39,548 bases of DNA from a virus (Duplodnaviria; Caudoviricetes). Below, in pieces: positions 17,113 to 25,003 of this stretch. Each line of letters opens with the position of its first letter. Within the stretch, counting starts at the first letter, position 1. The notes under the pieces are model-generated. The model had not been told where the DNA came from and searched no databases. It worked only from the letters and a program-made list of their open reading frames with translations. The DNA lies in IMG/VR virus record IMGVR_UViG_3300025875_000064, positions 1 to 39,548 of that record. One strand, 5' to 3'. The translations under genes were made by a program, and so were the position numbers.

Positions 17113-17351
17113 TGCGCACCTGCCTTGGCGAGGGCCGCGTCGATAGTGGACATCGTGAACGGTGCGACCTGAGCAGGGTCGATGCAATCGCGCGCCATCT
17201 GCAGAGCCTTGACCAGAGCGTTATGCCCGGTCGCCTCCAGTATCTCGGTCGCCTTGCCGAGGTAGAGGTCTTTTCCAAGCCTCCACTCGTCATCCATAAA
17301 CTCGCAAAGGATGCGGGCAATCTTTACCTGAGCGGTGATCTCTTTCGCCAT
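17109..17351 (-). CDS. Hypothetical protein
   Basis: Coupled ORF ending IDAALAKA, a common phage early-protein tail. Confidence 0.6.
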   Translation of the reverse strand: MAKEITAQVKIARILCEFMDDEWRLGKDLYLGKATEILEATGHNALVKALQMARDCIDPAQVAPFTMSTIDAALAKAGAQ

Positions 17352-17575
17352 CACGCGGCATCCTTCTGACCCGCAGCCTGCTCGGCAATGGCGCGGTTGA
17401 ACTCGTTGCGCTGCTCACGGCGGCGTTCGCTCTCTTCGTGGTCGGCACGCAGTTCGGCCGCCAGTTCGTCGGAGAGAATGTCAAAGCCATGCCGGCGGCA
17501 AAGGGCTAGGAACAAGCGATCCTGCTCACGAGTGGGAAAGCTTCGGACATAGGCGATATCTTGCTCCCGGCTCAT
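17351..17575 (-). CDS. Hypothetical protein
   Basis: 74 aa, RBS GGAGG, ATGA-coupled. Confidence 0.65.
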   Translation of the reverse strand: MSREQDIAYVRSFPTREQDRLFLALCRRHGFDILSDELAAELRADHEESERRREQRNEFNRAIAEQAAGQKDAA

Positions 17576-17904
17576 TGCCCTTCCTCCAGCCCCAAGCCTT
17601 CGGAAATGTGATTGAGCGCATAGCCATAGAGCCAGCTCGACCCTTCCACGTACAGGCGCCGGGACTTGAACGGTCGCCCTTCACAGACCGTCTCCGGATC
17701 ATCGCCGGGAATGTCCACGACCACGGTCTTATCGTCGAGGCGGAAGAGGAAGCCGAACCAGCCATCGGCGTCACGGCCAGCGCAACGGCTTACCTCTGCC
17801 GAAACCTCAAGTTCCAAGTCTTGCAGGATGGTCGCTGCCACTACCTCGGCGTTTGCCTCGGTGGCTCCCCTCCGGGCTTCTGTGCCGGGATTGATGATGA
17901 TCAT
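17572..17904 (-). CDS. Hypothetical protein
   Basis: Starts MIIINPG; RRLYVEGSSWLY; flanked by 16-bp direct repeats. Confidence 0.7.
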   Translation of the reverse strand: MIIINPGTEARRGATEANAEVVAATILQDLELEVSAEVSRCAGRDADGWFGFLFRLDDKTVVVDIPGDDPETVCEGRPFKSRRLYVEGSSWLYGYALNHISEGLGLEEGQ

Positions 17905-18734
17905 TGCCCTTCCTCCGTGGAAGGGGTGGCGAGGCTCGGCCGCTTCAAGCAATCCATGCACATCGGCTGGAACAGATCGTCTTGGCCGATCTTCCGAGCT
18001 TTTGGAAACTGGTCGCCCCAGCCAAAACCATGCCGGTCAACCGCCTCGCGCTCCAACGCGTCCAGCCAATTTCCCCATCCGGGATAAAGAGCTGCTGCCT
18101 CGGCACGTTCGGCCTTGGTCTGCATCGTGCCGCACATGCATTCGCCTGAGCGACAGAGTTGCTCGGCAACTGGATTAATCGGAGTTGCTCTGCTTGCCAG
18201 ATAAGCGTCCCGATCTTCTTGCGACCAATCATGGATCACGTTGACCCAGATGTTGTTGGGCGCGGCCGGATCACGCCGGTAAACCTGCAGGTTCCTCTGC
18301 CGGTTTTCGCTCTCGTCCTTCCGGGCTCCATTGATGAGCAGAATGCGGACGTCTCGTTTGCCTTGGCGAATGGCCTTTGACACTGCCTTGCGAAAGGGCT
18401 GGGCTTTCAGAACTCGATAGGAGAAGCCGTGCGCGCCAATTCCCTTGCCGAAGAAGCCTTTCCGAAGCACATAGTCTTCATACGCAGTGCCTGCATCGGC
18501 CTCTACAAATTCGCCCATCCGGCCATATGTCCCGCGAACGAAATCACTGGTCTGCTGTATGCCGCAGCGGGTGTTCCCGTGCAGAACAAGGTCGATCTTC
18601 GCGCCCAACTCCCTGGCGATCTGGTCAGACGCTGCACTGTCTTTCCCGCCAGACACCATTGAGACGACGTGTGTGGGGCTGAACTGGTCGATGGCATCCC
18701 GAAGGATTTTCGCGCTGCTGTCGATCTTCATCAC
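17901..18734 (-). CDS. PAPS reductase-family (adenine nucleotide alpha hydrolase) protein
   Basis: PP-loop SGGKDS, GARKDES.NR, IHDWS and a Cys cluster CRSGECMCG. Confidence 0.85.
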   Translation of the reverse strand: MMKIDSSAKILRDAIDQFSPTHVVSMVSGGKDSAASDQIARELGAKIDLVLHGNTRCGIQQTSDFVRGTYGRMGEFVEADAGTAYEDYVLRKGFFGKGIGAHGFSYRVLKAQPFRKAVSKAIRQGKRDVRILLINGARKDESENRQRNLQVYRRDPAAPNNIWVNVIHDWSQEDRDAYLASRATPINPVAEQLCRSGECMCGTMQTKAERAEAAALYPGWGNWLDALEREAVDRHGFGWGDQFPKARKIGQDDLFQPMCMDCLKRPSLATPSTEEGQ

Positions 18735-18916
18735 GCCACCTCACGGTCAGCCGCAGCGGCAGCGGTGGGGTGGGTGAACTCGCGCAGCGCGGCCTTGACG
18801 CCGGCCAAGACCTGAGCGTCGATAAGCTGCTCAATCTCTGCTTTCGCGTCGGGATCGCCGTTGCGCTCGTTGTCGCGGAGCTTGGCGTAGCGATCTGCAA
18901 ATTCGGAGCCGGTCAT
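18731..18916 (-). CDS. Hypothetical protein
   Basis: 61 aa, RBS GGAGG, coupled at both ends. Confidence 0.6.
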   Translation of the reverse strand: MTGSEFADRYAKLRDNERNGDPDAKAEIEQLIDAQVLAGVKAALREFTHPTAAAAADREVA

Positions 18917-19284
18917 GATGCCCTCCGGAAACCGTATTCGCGGGTTTCGCGGGCGATCTGATCGCTCAATGCCTCCAGCTCAGGCGCATAGAAGCGACGG
19001 AACAGACCGCAGGGCTCTCTGCCTTGCCCAAGACGCTCGTACGCATCCAAGTCGCCACCAGCGTTCCAGTATTCAGCGGCGATGGCTTCGGACACGTCTG
19101 GGCATGTGCCGGCGCTCGGGGTGAACTCGAACACCTGAATGTCCGGCGCCGTCTCGCTGGAGAGGCTCAGGAACAAGCTGGGCTTCGTGGCGTGAAACTC
19201 GCCATCGGCAGGGCCAACGCCGTCGAAAATGAACCAGTAGGTCCGGGCAGTCTGTGCTTCGGTTGAGGTGTGCATGGCGGTCAC
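18913..19284 (-). CDS. Hypothetical protein
   Basis: 123 aa, GTGA-coupled. Confidence 0.6.
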   Translation of the reverse strand: MTAMHTSTEAQTARTYWFIFDGVGPADGEFHATKPSLFLSLSSETAPDIQVFEFTPSAGTCPDVSEAIAAEYWNAGGDLDAYERLGQGREPCGLFRRFYAPELEALSDQIARETREYGFRRAS

Positions 19285-19577
19285 GCTGCCTCGACTTGCT
19301 TGCGTGCAAAGCGCGGACGGAAGCAGTCCATCAGCTCACCAGTGCCGTGATCAATGTGCCGGGCAATACCGCACACGTCATGCAGCAGGTTGAAGTCGTC
19401 TGCGGCCAGCAGGCGCTCAAAGTCCAACGGGCAACCGTTCGCATGGCAAGCCGAAAGGTCCATGCGGGTTTCGGTGGTATCGCGATCCCAACCACACTTC
19501 TGAGCGCGGCGAGCAATCTTGTTGATCAGGAGGCTTTCGACCTCAGTGACGGTAAAGCTGACTTCACGCTTCCCCAT
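19281..19577 (-). CDS. First gene of the left operon, DUF6874-like
   Basis: MDL.ACHANGCPLDF..LL.ADDFN..HDV.GI.RHID..TG.L.DCF.PRF motif; start MGKREV. Confidence 0.75.
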   Translation of the reverse strand: MGKREVSFTVTEVESLLINKIARRAQKCGWDRDTTETRMDLSACHANGCPLDFERLLAADDFNLLHDVCGIARHIDHGTGELMDCFRPRFARKQVEAA

Positions 19578-19627
19578 TCTCCCCAACTCCCCGGCGCTTG
19601 GCCGTCTGGTGTTTCGATGGGGTAGTG

Positions 19628-19679
19628 GTATACGCATAAAACGTACGACGCAATAGCCTTAACGCAAAAAACGTACGAC
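19628..19679. promoter_or_regulatory. Left operator/promoter (OL/PL): two repressor sites
   Basis: TACG-CATAAAA-CGTA (19631-19645) and AACG-CAAAAAA-CGTA (19661-19675), same motif as OR. Confidence 0.8.
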
Positions 19680-19724
19680 ACATCGTTGCTGGTTCTCCCC
19701 AGCCGCTAAAACTGAGTCGTTTTC

Positions 19725-19739
19725 GTTCTTGATTTGTTC
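19725..19739 (+). promoter_or_regulatory. Alphaproteobacterial LexA (SOS) box
   Basis: GTTC-TTGATTT-GTTC matches GTTC-N7-GTTC and overlaps a TTGATT -35-like hexamer, 48 bp before the ATG. Confidence 0.8.
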
Positions 19740-19787
19740 CAGCTTCCTGAGTCAGATTGTCGCGGAAGGAAGAGAGGAGAGCGACCG

Positions 19788-20042
19788 ATGATGGTGACCT
19801 ACTTCGTGGTGCAGAGCTTCCAGACCGGCCGCAAAGGCATACCCTTCGCCGACATGCCAGTGCAGGTTCAGAGCCGAGGACAAGCGGAAAGGTTAGCTGC
19901 TCGCTTGGCTGCCACCAAAGCCGCCGTGGTGGCATTCTCACGCACCGGCGACCCCAGGACGGGGGAGTTTGACGACGCCGTCACAATCGCCTTGCACGGG
20001 GACCTTCCCGAAGATGCAGACGATATGGCGATCCCGATCTAG
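19788..20042 (+). CDS. Small putative SOS-regulated protein convergent with cI
   Basis: RBS GAGGAG, 84 aa; YFVVQSF...A.RLA.....VVAFSRTGDP..GEFDDA pattern; LexA box upstream. Confidence 0.8.
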   Translation: MMVTYFVVQSFQTGRKGIPFADMPVQVQSRGQAERLAARLAATKAAVVAFSRTGDPRTGEFDDAVTIALHGDLPEDADDMAIPI

Positions 20043-20767
20043 CGGCGGCTTTGCTTCCCCACGACTCGGTGACAGGTTCGCCACTCCGCACGCGAGACAG
20101 TAAACTCCCTGCGCGGATTGAACTGCTCTAAAGTCCACTCCGCTCCCGTCCAGTTGTTGAGCTGCTTGATCATGCATTCAGCTTCATTCGTCGGGGGCTC
20201 GTGGAATAGAACCACGTCGGCCTCACGCATGGGCGGCAGTCTTGGGTTCACCCATGCCACATCACCCGGCCGGAATGCAGGAACCATCGACTCTCCGACT
20301 ACAAGCACGCCGTAAGCGTCTGAGACATGCTGCAACATCGCGGGTCGCTCGACATATTCCAGCGGATCGAAGGTTATCAAGACATGACCGTCACCCCCCA
20401 TAGCTGCGGGGTAAATCGGGAAATCGCGTTTCGCCAGGTATGTGCCGGCAACCGTGAGAACCTTCAGCGCGCCACCCGCCTCAACATCTGCGCCCATGGG
20501 CTGAGCAGCAGTGAACTCAGGCCCGGCTAGCTCCCACACTTCTTCCCGCGATATGGGCGGTGACCCCTTGCCCACCAAAGCTGTTTCGAGCAGCCGGACG
20601 ATCTTCGGGTTGAGGAAGCCCTTCGCGTACGTCGGCGCATCCTCCCATCGTTGATAGCTGGACGCGCCTTTGTAACCCATGGCCTTCGCTAGGCCATCCA
20701 TGGACAGGCCGGATCTTTCCCGCAGCTCGGTCACTCGCGCGGCTATCTGGTCGGGGTCGTGCTCCAT
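20039..20767 (-). CDS. cI: CI-like repressor (XRE HTH plus S24 peptidase)
   Basis: N-terminal HTH LRERSGLSMDGLAKAMG; Ser-Lys dyad motifs VGESM.P and IKQL. Confidence 0.92.
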   Translation of the reverse strand: MEHDPDQIAARVTELRERSGLSMDGLAKAMGYKGASSYQRWEDAPTYAKGFLNPKIVRLLETALVGKGSPPISREEVWELAGPEFTAAQPMGADVEAGGALKVLTVAGTYLAKRDFPIYPAAMGGDGHVLITFDPLEYVERPAMLQHVSDAYGVLVVGESMVPAFRPGDVAWVNPRLPPMREADVVLFHEPPTNEAECMIKQLNNWTGAEWTLEQFNPRREFTVSRAEWRTCHRVVGKQSRR

Positions 20768-20775
20768 GCCCTGAA

Positions 20776-20835
20776 TACGTTCATACGTCGCATACGTTTT
20801 CCACGTTGACGAGCCATACGAATAAAACGTATGGT
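20776..20835. promoter_or_regulatory. Right operator/promoters (OR, PR/PRM)
   Basis: Perfect palindrome CCATACG-AATAAAA-CGTATGG (20814-20834), second site TACG-TTTTCCA-CGTT (20793-20807), further TACG half-sites; TTGACG -35 at 20806. Confidence 0.85.
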
Positions 20836-20868
20836 TGGCTCCTGATGAGCATGGAGCCCTTAGTCGCG

Positions 20869-21096
20869 ATGGAAAAGATCACCGGCGCGGAGTTCGTGAT
20901 CAACGCGCTCGGCGGCATCACCAGCACAGCCCGATCCATCACCAAGAGCCCTTCGACGGTACAGGGATGGAAGGATCGGGGGCGCATTCCGCAGGACCAT
21001 TGGGACGACCTGATCGCCGTCGCTGCTGGGCGTGGTCTGGCTGTTGAATACGCCGATTTCGTCAAGTCGCACCCCAAACCCGTGGAGGCCGCATGA
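20869..21096 (+). CDS. cro: Cro-like HTH protein (alternative ATG at 20845 or 20851)
   Basis: VINALGG....AR......STVQGWK.RGRIP..HW; divergent from cI. Confidence 0.85.
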   Translation: MEKITGAEFVINALGGITSTARSITKSPSTVQGWKDRGRIPQDHWDDLIAVAAGRGLAVEYADFVKSHPKPVEAA

Positions 21097-21374
21097 CCTC
21101 GACCCTTTCCTGCAGCTTTTGCGGCAAGCGTTCGGACCATGTGGTCACGCTGATTGCTGGTCCATCGTCCTTTATCTGTGACGAATGCATTGAGCTTTGC
21201 TCGGACATAATCCGCGAGGGGAAAACCGAGCGCGCCGTCAAGGAAGCCGTCGCCAAGGAAACAGACCGCATCATCAACCGGATGCAGTCCGAGCTTCTCA
21301 GTCTGGGCGCTATCGGCATCATTCGTAAAAGCGGCTCCCTTCATCGCTGGCTCGCGGAAAAGGTGCGCGCATGA
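21093..21374 (+). CDS. Stand-alone ClpX C4-type zinc-finger protein
   Basis: LSCSFCGK....[19 protein letters not shown], the ClpX N-terminal zinc-binding signature, with no ATPase domain. Confidence 0.85.
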   Translation: MTSTLSCSFCGKRSDHVVTLIAGPSSFICDECIELCSDIIREGKTERAVKEAVAKETDRIINRMQSELLSLGAIGIIRKSGSLHRWLAEKVRA

Positions 21375-21574
21375 TCCGCACCGAGCACTCCACCGTCGCG
21401 CTCCTGCCGAACGGAAACCATCCGAGTTATCGGCCCTACAGCGCTGTTGAGGGCAAGCCCGGCGTGTACCGGCCTGCCGTGCGCAAGTTTCCCTGCGCCT
21501 GTTGCCCGCTGCACTTCGACACCGACCGGGAGCGGCATCAGCACTTCATGGCCACGCACAAGGGGAGGGCATAG
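21371..21574 (+). CDS. Small protein with C2H2-type zinc finger
   Basis: F-x-C-x2-C-x3-F-x8-H-x4-H ([24 protein letters not shown]); ATGA-coupled. Confidence 0.65.
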   Translation: MIRTEHSTVALLPNGNHPSYRPYSAVEGKPGVYRPAVRKFPCACCPLHFDTDRERHQHFMATHKGRA

Positions 21575-21576
21575 CC

Positions 21577-21747
21577 ATGTGGAAGCTGTTGCTCGCCATC
21601 TTGATTATGGAAGTGGCCATGACCGTGCCGCTGGTTACGCGCGCGCTGCTCCGCCCCAATCTCCCGACCCTGACCGATCCCAGATGGGCGCTTTCCGGCA
21701 ACCGTGAAGCACGTCGCCGGGCTGCAAAGCTTGCGAGGGCAGCATGA
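21577..21747 (+). CDS. Small membrane protein
   Basis: MWKLLLAILIMEVAMTVPLV hydrophobic N-terminus; RBS GGAGG. Confidence 0.55.
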   Translation: MWKLLLAILIMEVAMTVPLVTRALLRPNLPTLTDPRWALSGNREARRRAAKLARAA

Positions 21748-22010
21748 GCAACACCGAGAGCGTTGCCGCCAACGAACTCCGCCAGTTCATCGAACGCATT
21801 GAGCGGCTGGAGGAGGAAATCGCCTCCATCAATGCCGACAAGCGCGATGTTTACGCCGAAGCTAAGGGTCGCGGCTATGACGTGAAGGCGATCAAGCACA
21901 TCGTGCGCCTGCGCGCGCAGGACGAAAACGAACGCTCCGAGTTCGAAGCCATCGTTGACCTGTACCTCAACGCGCTCGGCTCGCGTGCGCCCGCACGTGA
22001 GGAGGCATAG
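21744..22010 (+). CDS. gapR: GapR-like (DUF2312) nucleoid-associated protein
   Basis: VAANELRQFIERIERLEEE......DK.DVYAEAKGRGYD.K....I..LR signature. Confidence 0.92.
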   Translation: MSNTESVAANELRQFIERIERLEEEIASINADKRDVYAEAKGRGYDVKAIKHIVRLRAQDENERSEFEAIVDLYLNALGSRAPAREEA

Positions 22011-22271
22011 ATGGGCCATCCCCTGTGCATCGTGCCCGGATGCGGTCGTCGCCATGGCGCGTTCGGCTACTGCCAGGCCCATTATATTCGCGTTCGCGAG
22101 CATGGGCACCCGGATGTCGAAACACCCATCAGGTGCAAGGTGAGGCAGCGCATCGTGCCGTCCGATCCCCTTGCCCTCTGGCACATCAACGCGATGGCCG
22201 TTCGCCTCGCTCAGATACCTGTCGCGGGTCGCCGCTGGAAGGCTCCCACTCAATCCCAGGTGGAGGCATAG
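22011..22271 (+). CDS. Hypothetical protein with Cys/His zinc-binding motif
   Basis: CIVPGC.......GYCQAHY.R...HG; flanked by 14-bp direct repeats. Confidence 0.65.
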   Translation: MGHPLCIVPGCGRRHGAFGYCQAHYIRVREHGHPDVETPIRCKVRQRIVPSDPLALWHINAMAVRLAQIPVAGRRWKAPTQSQVEA

Positions 22272-22547
22272 ATGGCCCGTCCTGACGATATCCCGGAAGA
22301 TGTTTGGAATACGGCAATGGACCTCGCGCTCGAGGTTGCCGAACGGGGCAATTACGAAAATGCGGCGGACCTCTTGGCCCGCGCCATCATGGCTGAGCGT
22401 GAAGCGCAGCGCGAACGGGACGCGCAGATTTCCCTCGCGTTGGACATTCAGGCAATGGGCTGGATGACGCGCTGCGATGATCCCGCGCAGGCGGGCATAT
22501 CGGAAGCCAAGGACGCTATCGCCGCTGCCATCCGGGGAGCCCGCTAA
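22272..22547 (+). CDS. Hypothetical phage protein
   Basis: RPDDIPEDVW..A...ARAIMAERE...IAAAIR; RBS GGAGG. Confidence 0.7.
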   Translation: MARPDDIPEDVWNTAMDLALEVAERGNYENAADLLARAIMAEREAQRERDAQISLALDIQAMGWMTRCDDPAQAGISEAKDAIAAAIRGAR

Positions 22548-22667
22548 ATGCTCCCCCTCACCAAATCCGCATACCGTCATATCCGTGCAAGCCTTGCCAT
22601 TGTGGGCTTTGCTCTTGCTGCATGGGCTTCAGTTGCCCTTGCGCTCTGGATGGCGGTGTCGCGATGA
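22548..22667 (+). CDS. Small single-TM peptide (39 aa, not in ORF track)
   Basis: MLPLTKSAYRHIRASLAIVGFALAAWASVALALWMAVSR; exactly fills the gap, RBS GGAG, ATGA-coupled. Confidence 0.55.
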   Translation: MLPLTKSAYRHIRASLAIVGFALAAWASVALALWMAVSR

Positions 22668-22954
22668 GCGCGTGGGCCTGTATCGGCGCGCAGTGTGTTT
22701 TCATCGGTTTCCGTGGCTTGCCGTCTCAACCGGAAGCCAGAGGCTACCCCGACCCGCAAATAGGCGTTGTTTACACAATCAACTGGACCGGCCATGTCGG
22801 GCATCAGTTCTGCATCGGTTTGGCGGGGCTTCACGACGATAGCTGTTTTGACGTCCGCTGCTTCAAGCCGGTATCGCCGGCCAAGACCCAGGCCGAAGAC
22901 GCAGCCTACATCAAGAGCCTGCTCACGAAATCCCGTGAGGTCGAACACTCGTGA
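22664..22954 (+). CDS. Hypothetical protein
   Basis: Starts MSAWACIG; coupled at both ends. Confidence 0.55.
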   Translation: MSAWACIGAQCVFIGFRGLPSQPEARGYPDPQIGVVYTINWTGHVGHQFCIGLAGLHDDSCFDVRCFKPVSPAKTQAEDAAYIKSLLTKSREVEHS

Positions 22955-23261
22955 CCTCATTCTTTAACCACCCACAAGCGCACCGCATTCCCGCCCCTGC
23001 AAGGGCGAGGAACGTCGCTGGTGTGGATGAGCCTCAAGACCGGCGCTTGTGCGTCGGCCGTCTGTCTTTCTTCCCGCGCGCCTTCGCTCTGCAAAGCGGC
23101 AGCACGCGCCTCTACAGCCATAAGCTCGAAGACTTCTGCCAAGGCCTCTCCGAGCAATACCATCCGTGCGTCCTTTCCAAATGCAGTTCATCCAGTGCCT
23201 CAACAGGTACTCGGAGATCATTGCCTTGGAACGGAAACAGTCTTTGCATTCGGAGCAAAAA

Positions 23262-23651
23262 GTGACCGACATATCCGCTGTCGATCAAGCTGCCGGATGG
23301 GCCGACGTGCTCATCAAACGCGAGCATCGCGGCCCCGGCGACACGCTGGACGCAGCCCGCCACAGGGCCGCGCAGAAGCACAAGCTTCCCGAGCGTGTGC
23401 TGTGGGCGCTCCGGTACCGCCGTCCCAAAGACCTGATGGCGTCCGTTTACCTCAAGATCGAAGCCGCCTTTGAAAACGAGTGCCAGCGTCAGGAGGCCAA
23501 GCTTGCCCACGAACTCGAAATCACCAAGGCCACCCTCGCTCCTACGCCGTCTGTCCGCCGCCTTATCGCTGAGACTGAGGAATTTCTTCGCTCGGTGGAT
23601 GGGCAAGAAGCGGGAGCAACTGCCCAATCAACCCCCGAAGGATCGGAGTGA
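23262..23651 (+). CDS. Putative transcriptional regulator at CII-like position
   Basis: GTG start with GGAG RBS (ORF open from 23166); REHRGPGD...LWALRYRRPK...SVY pattern; precedes replication genes. Confidence 0.6.
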   Translation: MTDISAVDQAAGWADVLIKREHRGPGDTLDAARHRAAQKHKLPERVLWALRYRRPKDLMASVYLKIEAAFENECQRQEAKLAHELEITKATLAPTPSVRRLIAETEEFLRSVDGQEAGATAQSTPEGSE

Positions 23652-23654
23652 GGA

Positions 23655-24080
23655 ATGACCATGTCGTTTGCGCGCCGCCAATTGCTCGAAAAACTGAGCA
23701 GTGGGTATCAGGAGTTCTCGCCGAAGTACCCGCCGCTCAAGTGGGCCATCCAGCAGCGGTATGCCGCCGAGGCGCCGTCTCCTGCTGGGAAAAACAAGTA
23801 CGGCATCACGCAGGCCGGCGCGGCAGCGTTAGGTGAGGCGACCCGTACCCCGGCCGAGCGCGCGGCTCTCCGAGCAATCAAGAGGTTGGACGGGGGCAAA
23901 ATCCTCTGCCGCCAGTTTCAGCCGATTGCCGGCGGGTTCGACTATTTCACGGAGCCGGACCACAGGCCATTCCCGCCCGACAGCGCTGCTTGGCTGATCG
24001 AGAACGGGAGGCTTGAACCGCAGCAAGACGGTCTTTTCGAGGGCATGTCTCAGACCTTCCGGGTACCGGCCCATGCCTAG
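23655..24080 (+). CDS. Hypothetical protein
   Basis: 141 aa, RBS GAGG; LEPQQDGLF.G.SQT motif. Confidence 0.65.
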   Translation: MTMSFARRQLLEKLSSGYQEFSPKYPPLKWAIQQRYAAEAPSPAGKNKYGITQAGAAALGEATRTPAERAALRAIKRLDGGKILCRQFQPIAGGFDYFTEPDHRPFPPDSAAWLIENGRLEPQQDGLFEGMSQTFRVPAHA

Positions 24081-24300
24081 TGCGCTCACCCTCAAAGACG
24101 TGCTTTACGCGCTGGAATACGGCCGGCAGACGCTTTGCCGTTTTCCGAGGCAGGGGAAGCCCGCAATCTGGGTTCTGGAGCCGAACGGAACGCCGGTTCC
24201 CCAGCGCATCGCAGAAGCCGCAACCATCACCGCTGATGTCGTTTGCATCGAGCGCCTGATCAACGGCCGGCAAGTGTTTGGCTGGAGGATGGCAGCATGA
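24073..24300 (+). CDS. Hypothetical protein
   Basis: Starts MPSALTL; coupled; loosely resembles the C-terminal half of the preceding gene. Confidence 0.55.
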   Translation: MPSALTLKDVLYALEYGRQTLCRFPRQGKPAIWVLEPNGTPVPQRIAEAATITADVVCIERLINGRQVFGWRMAA

Positions 24301-24677
24301 ACGCAACCCCCTCCCGTGAAGAGCAGGCGGCGCGGGTGGTGCTGCCGTTCCCGCCGAGCGTCAATGCGCTGTACCGCTCCGTGAAGGGCCGCTCCATTCT
24401 TTCCGAGCGCTATCGGAACTGGAAAACGGAAGCGGGCATGGCGCTCAACCTGCAGAAGCCGGAGCGCTTCGGTGGACCTGTGTCCATCCTGGTTGAGCTG
24501 ACGCCACCGAACCGCATCCGGCGCGACATCGACAATGCCGGCTTCAAAGCCGTTCTCGACCTGCTCAAGACCTATGGCGTCATTGTGGACGACGACAGCC
24601 GCTATGTCCGCGAAGTGACGGCCCGTTGGATCGATGCTGGCGAGCCCTGCACCGTAACCGTGAGGAGGGCAGGGTGA
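24297..24677 (+). CDS. rusA: RusA-family Holliday junction resolvase
   Basis: LPFPPSVN.LYR...RRDIDN...K...D.L...GVI.DD motifs. Confidence 0.92.
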   Translation: MNATPSREEQAARVVLPFPPSVNALYRSVKGRSILSERYRNWKTEAGMALNLQKPERFGGPVSILVELTPPNRIRRDIDNAGFKAVLDLLKTYGVIVDDDSRYVREVTARWIDAGEPCTVTVRRAG

Positions 24678-25003
24678 TGAATACGCGCCGTCGCTTCCCC
24701 GTCGAGGCAATGCTTTCAATGCATGCCGAGGGCCTGAGTTACGCCGAGATCGGGCGGAGGCTTGGCTGCACCACTAAGCATGTATCGCTTCGCATTCGTA
24801 AGGCCACTGGCGTGCCGACGACCCCTCATGTGGATGAGGGGTTGTGGGGGTACGATGACGACCGCAAACGGCGGGAATTTGCCACCCGAGCAGCAAGGGG
24901 AGCGCGCGAGGCTCTGGACACCGGCTCCTTTGTAAGGCTCGGCATGGCTACTCGCCAGATCGTCGCCGATGTCGCTCACAAGCGGAAGGCGAACGATGCC
25001 TGA
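24677..25003 (+). CDS. HTH-domain protein
   Basis: GLSYAEIGRRLGCT..HV helix-turn-helix. Confidence 0.7.
   Translation: MNTRRRFPVEAMLSMHAEGLSYAEIGRRLGCTTKHVSLRIRKATGVPTTPHVDEGLWGYDDDRKRREFATRAARGAREALDTGSFVRLGMATRQIVADVAHKRKANDA

Noticed and set aside
21546-22580. 344-aa minus-strand ORF
   Set aside because: Overlaps four well-coupled plus-strand genes including gapR and has shadow-ORF composition
24677-25003. GcrA homolog
   Set aside because: Only a generic HTH resembles the GcrA N-terminus; the Cys-containing C-terminal domain is absent
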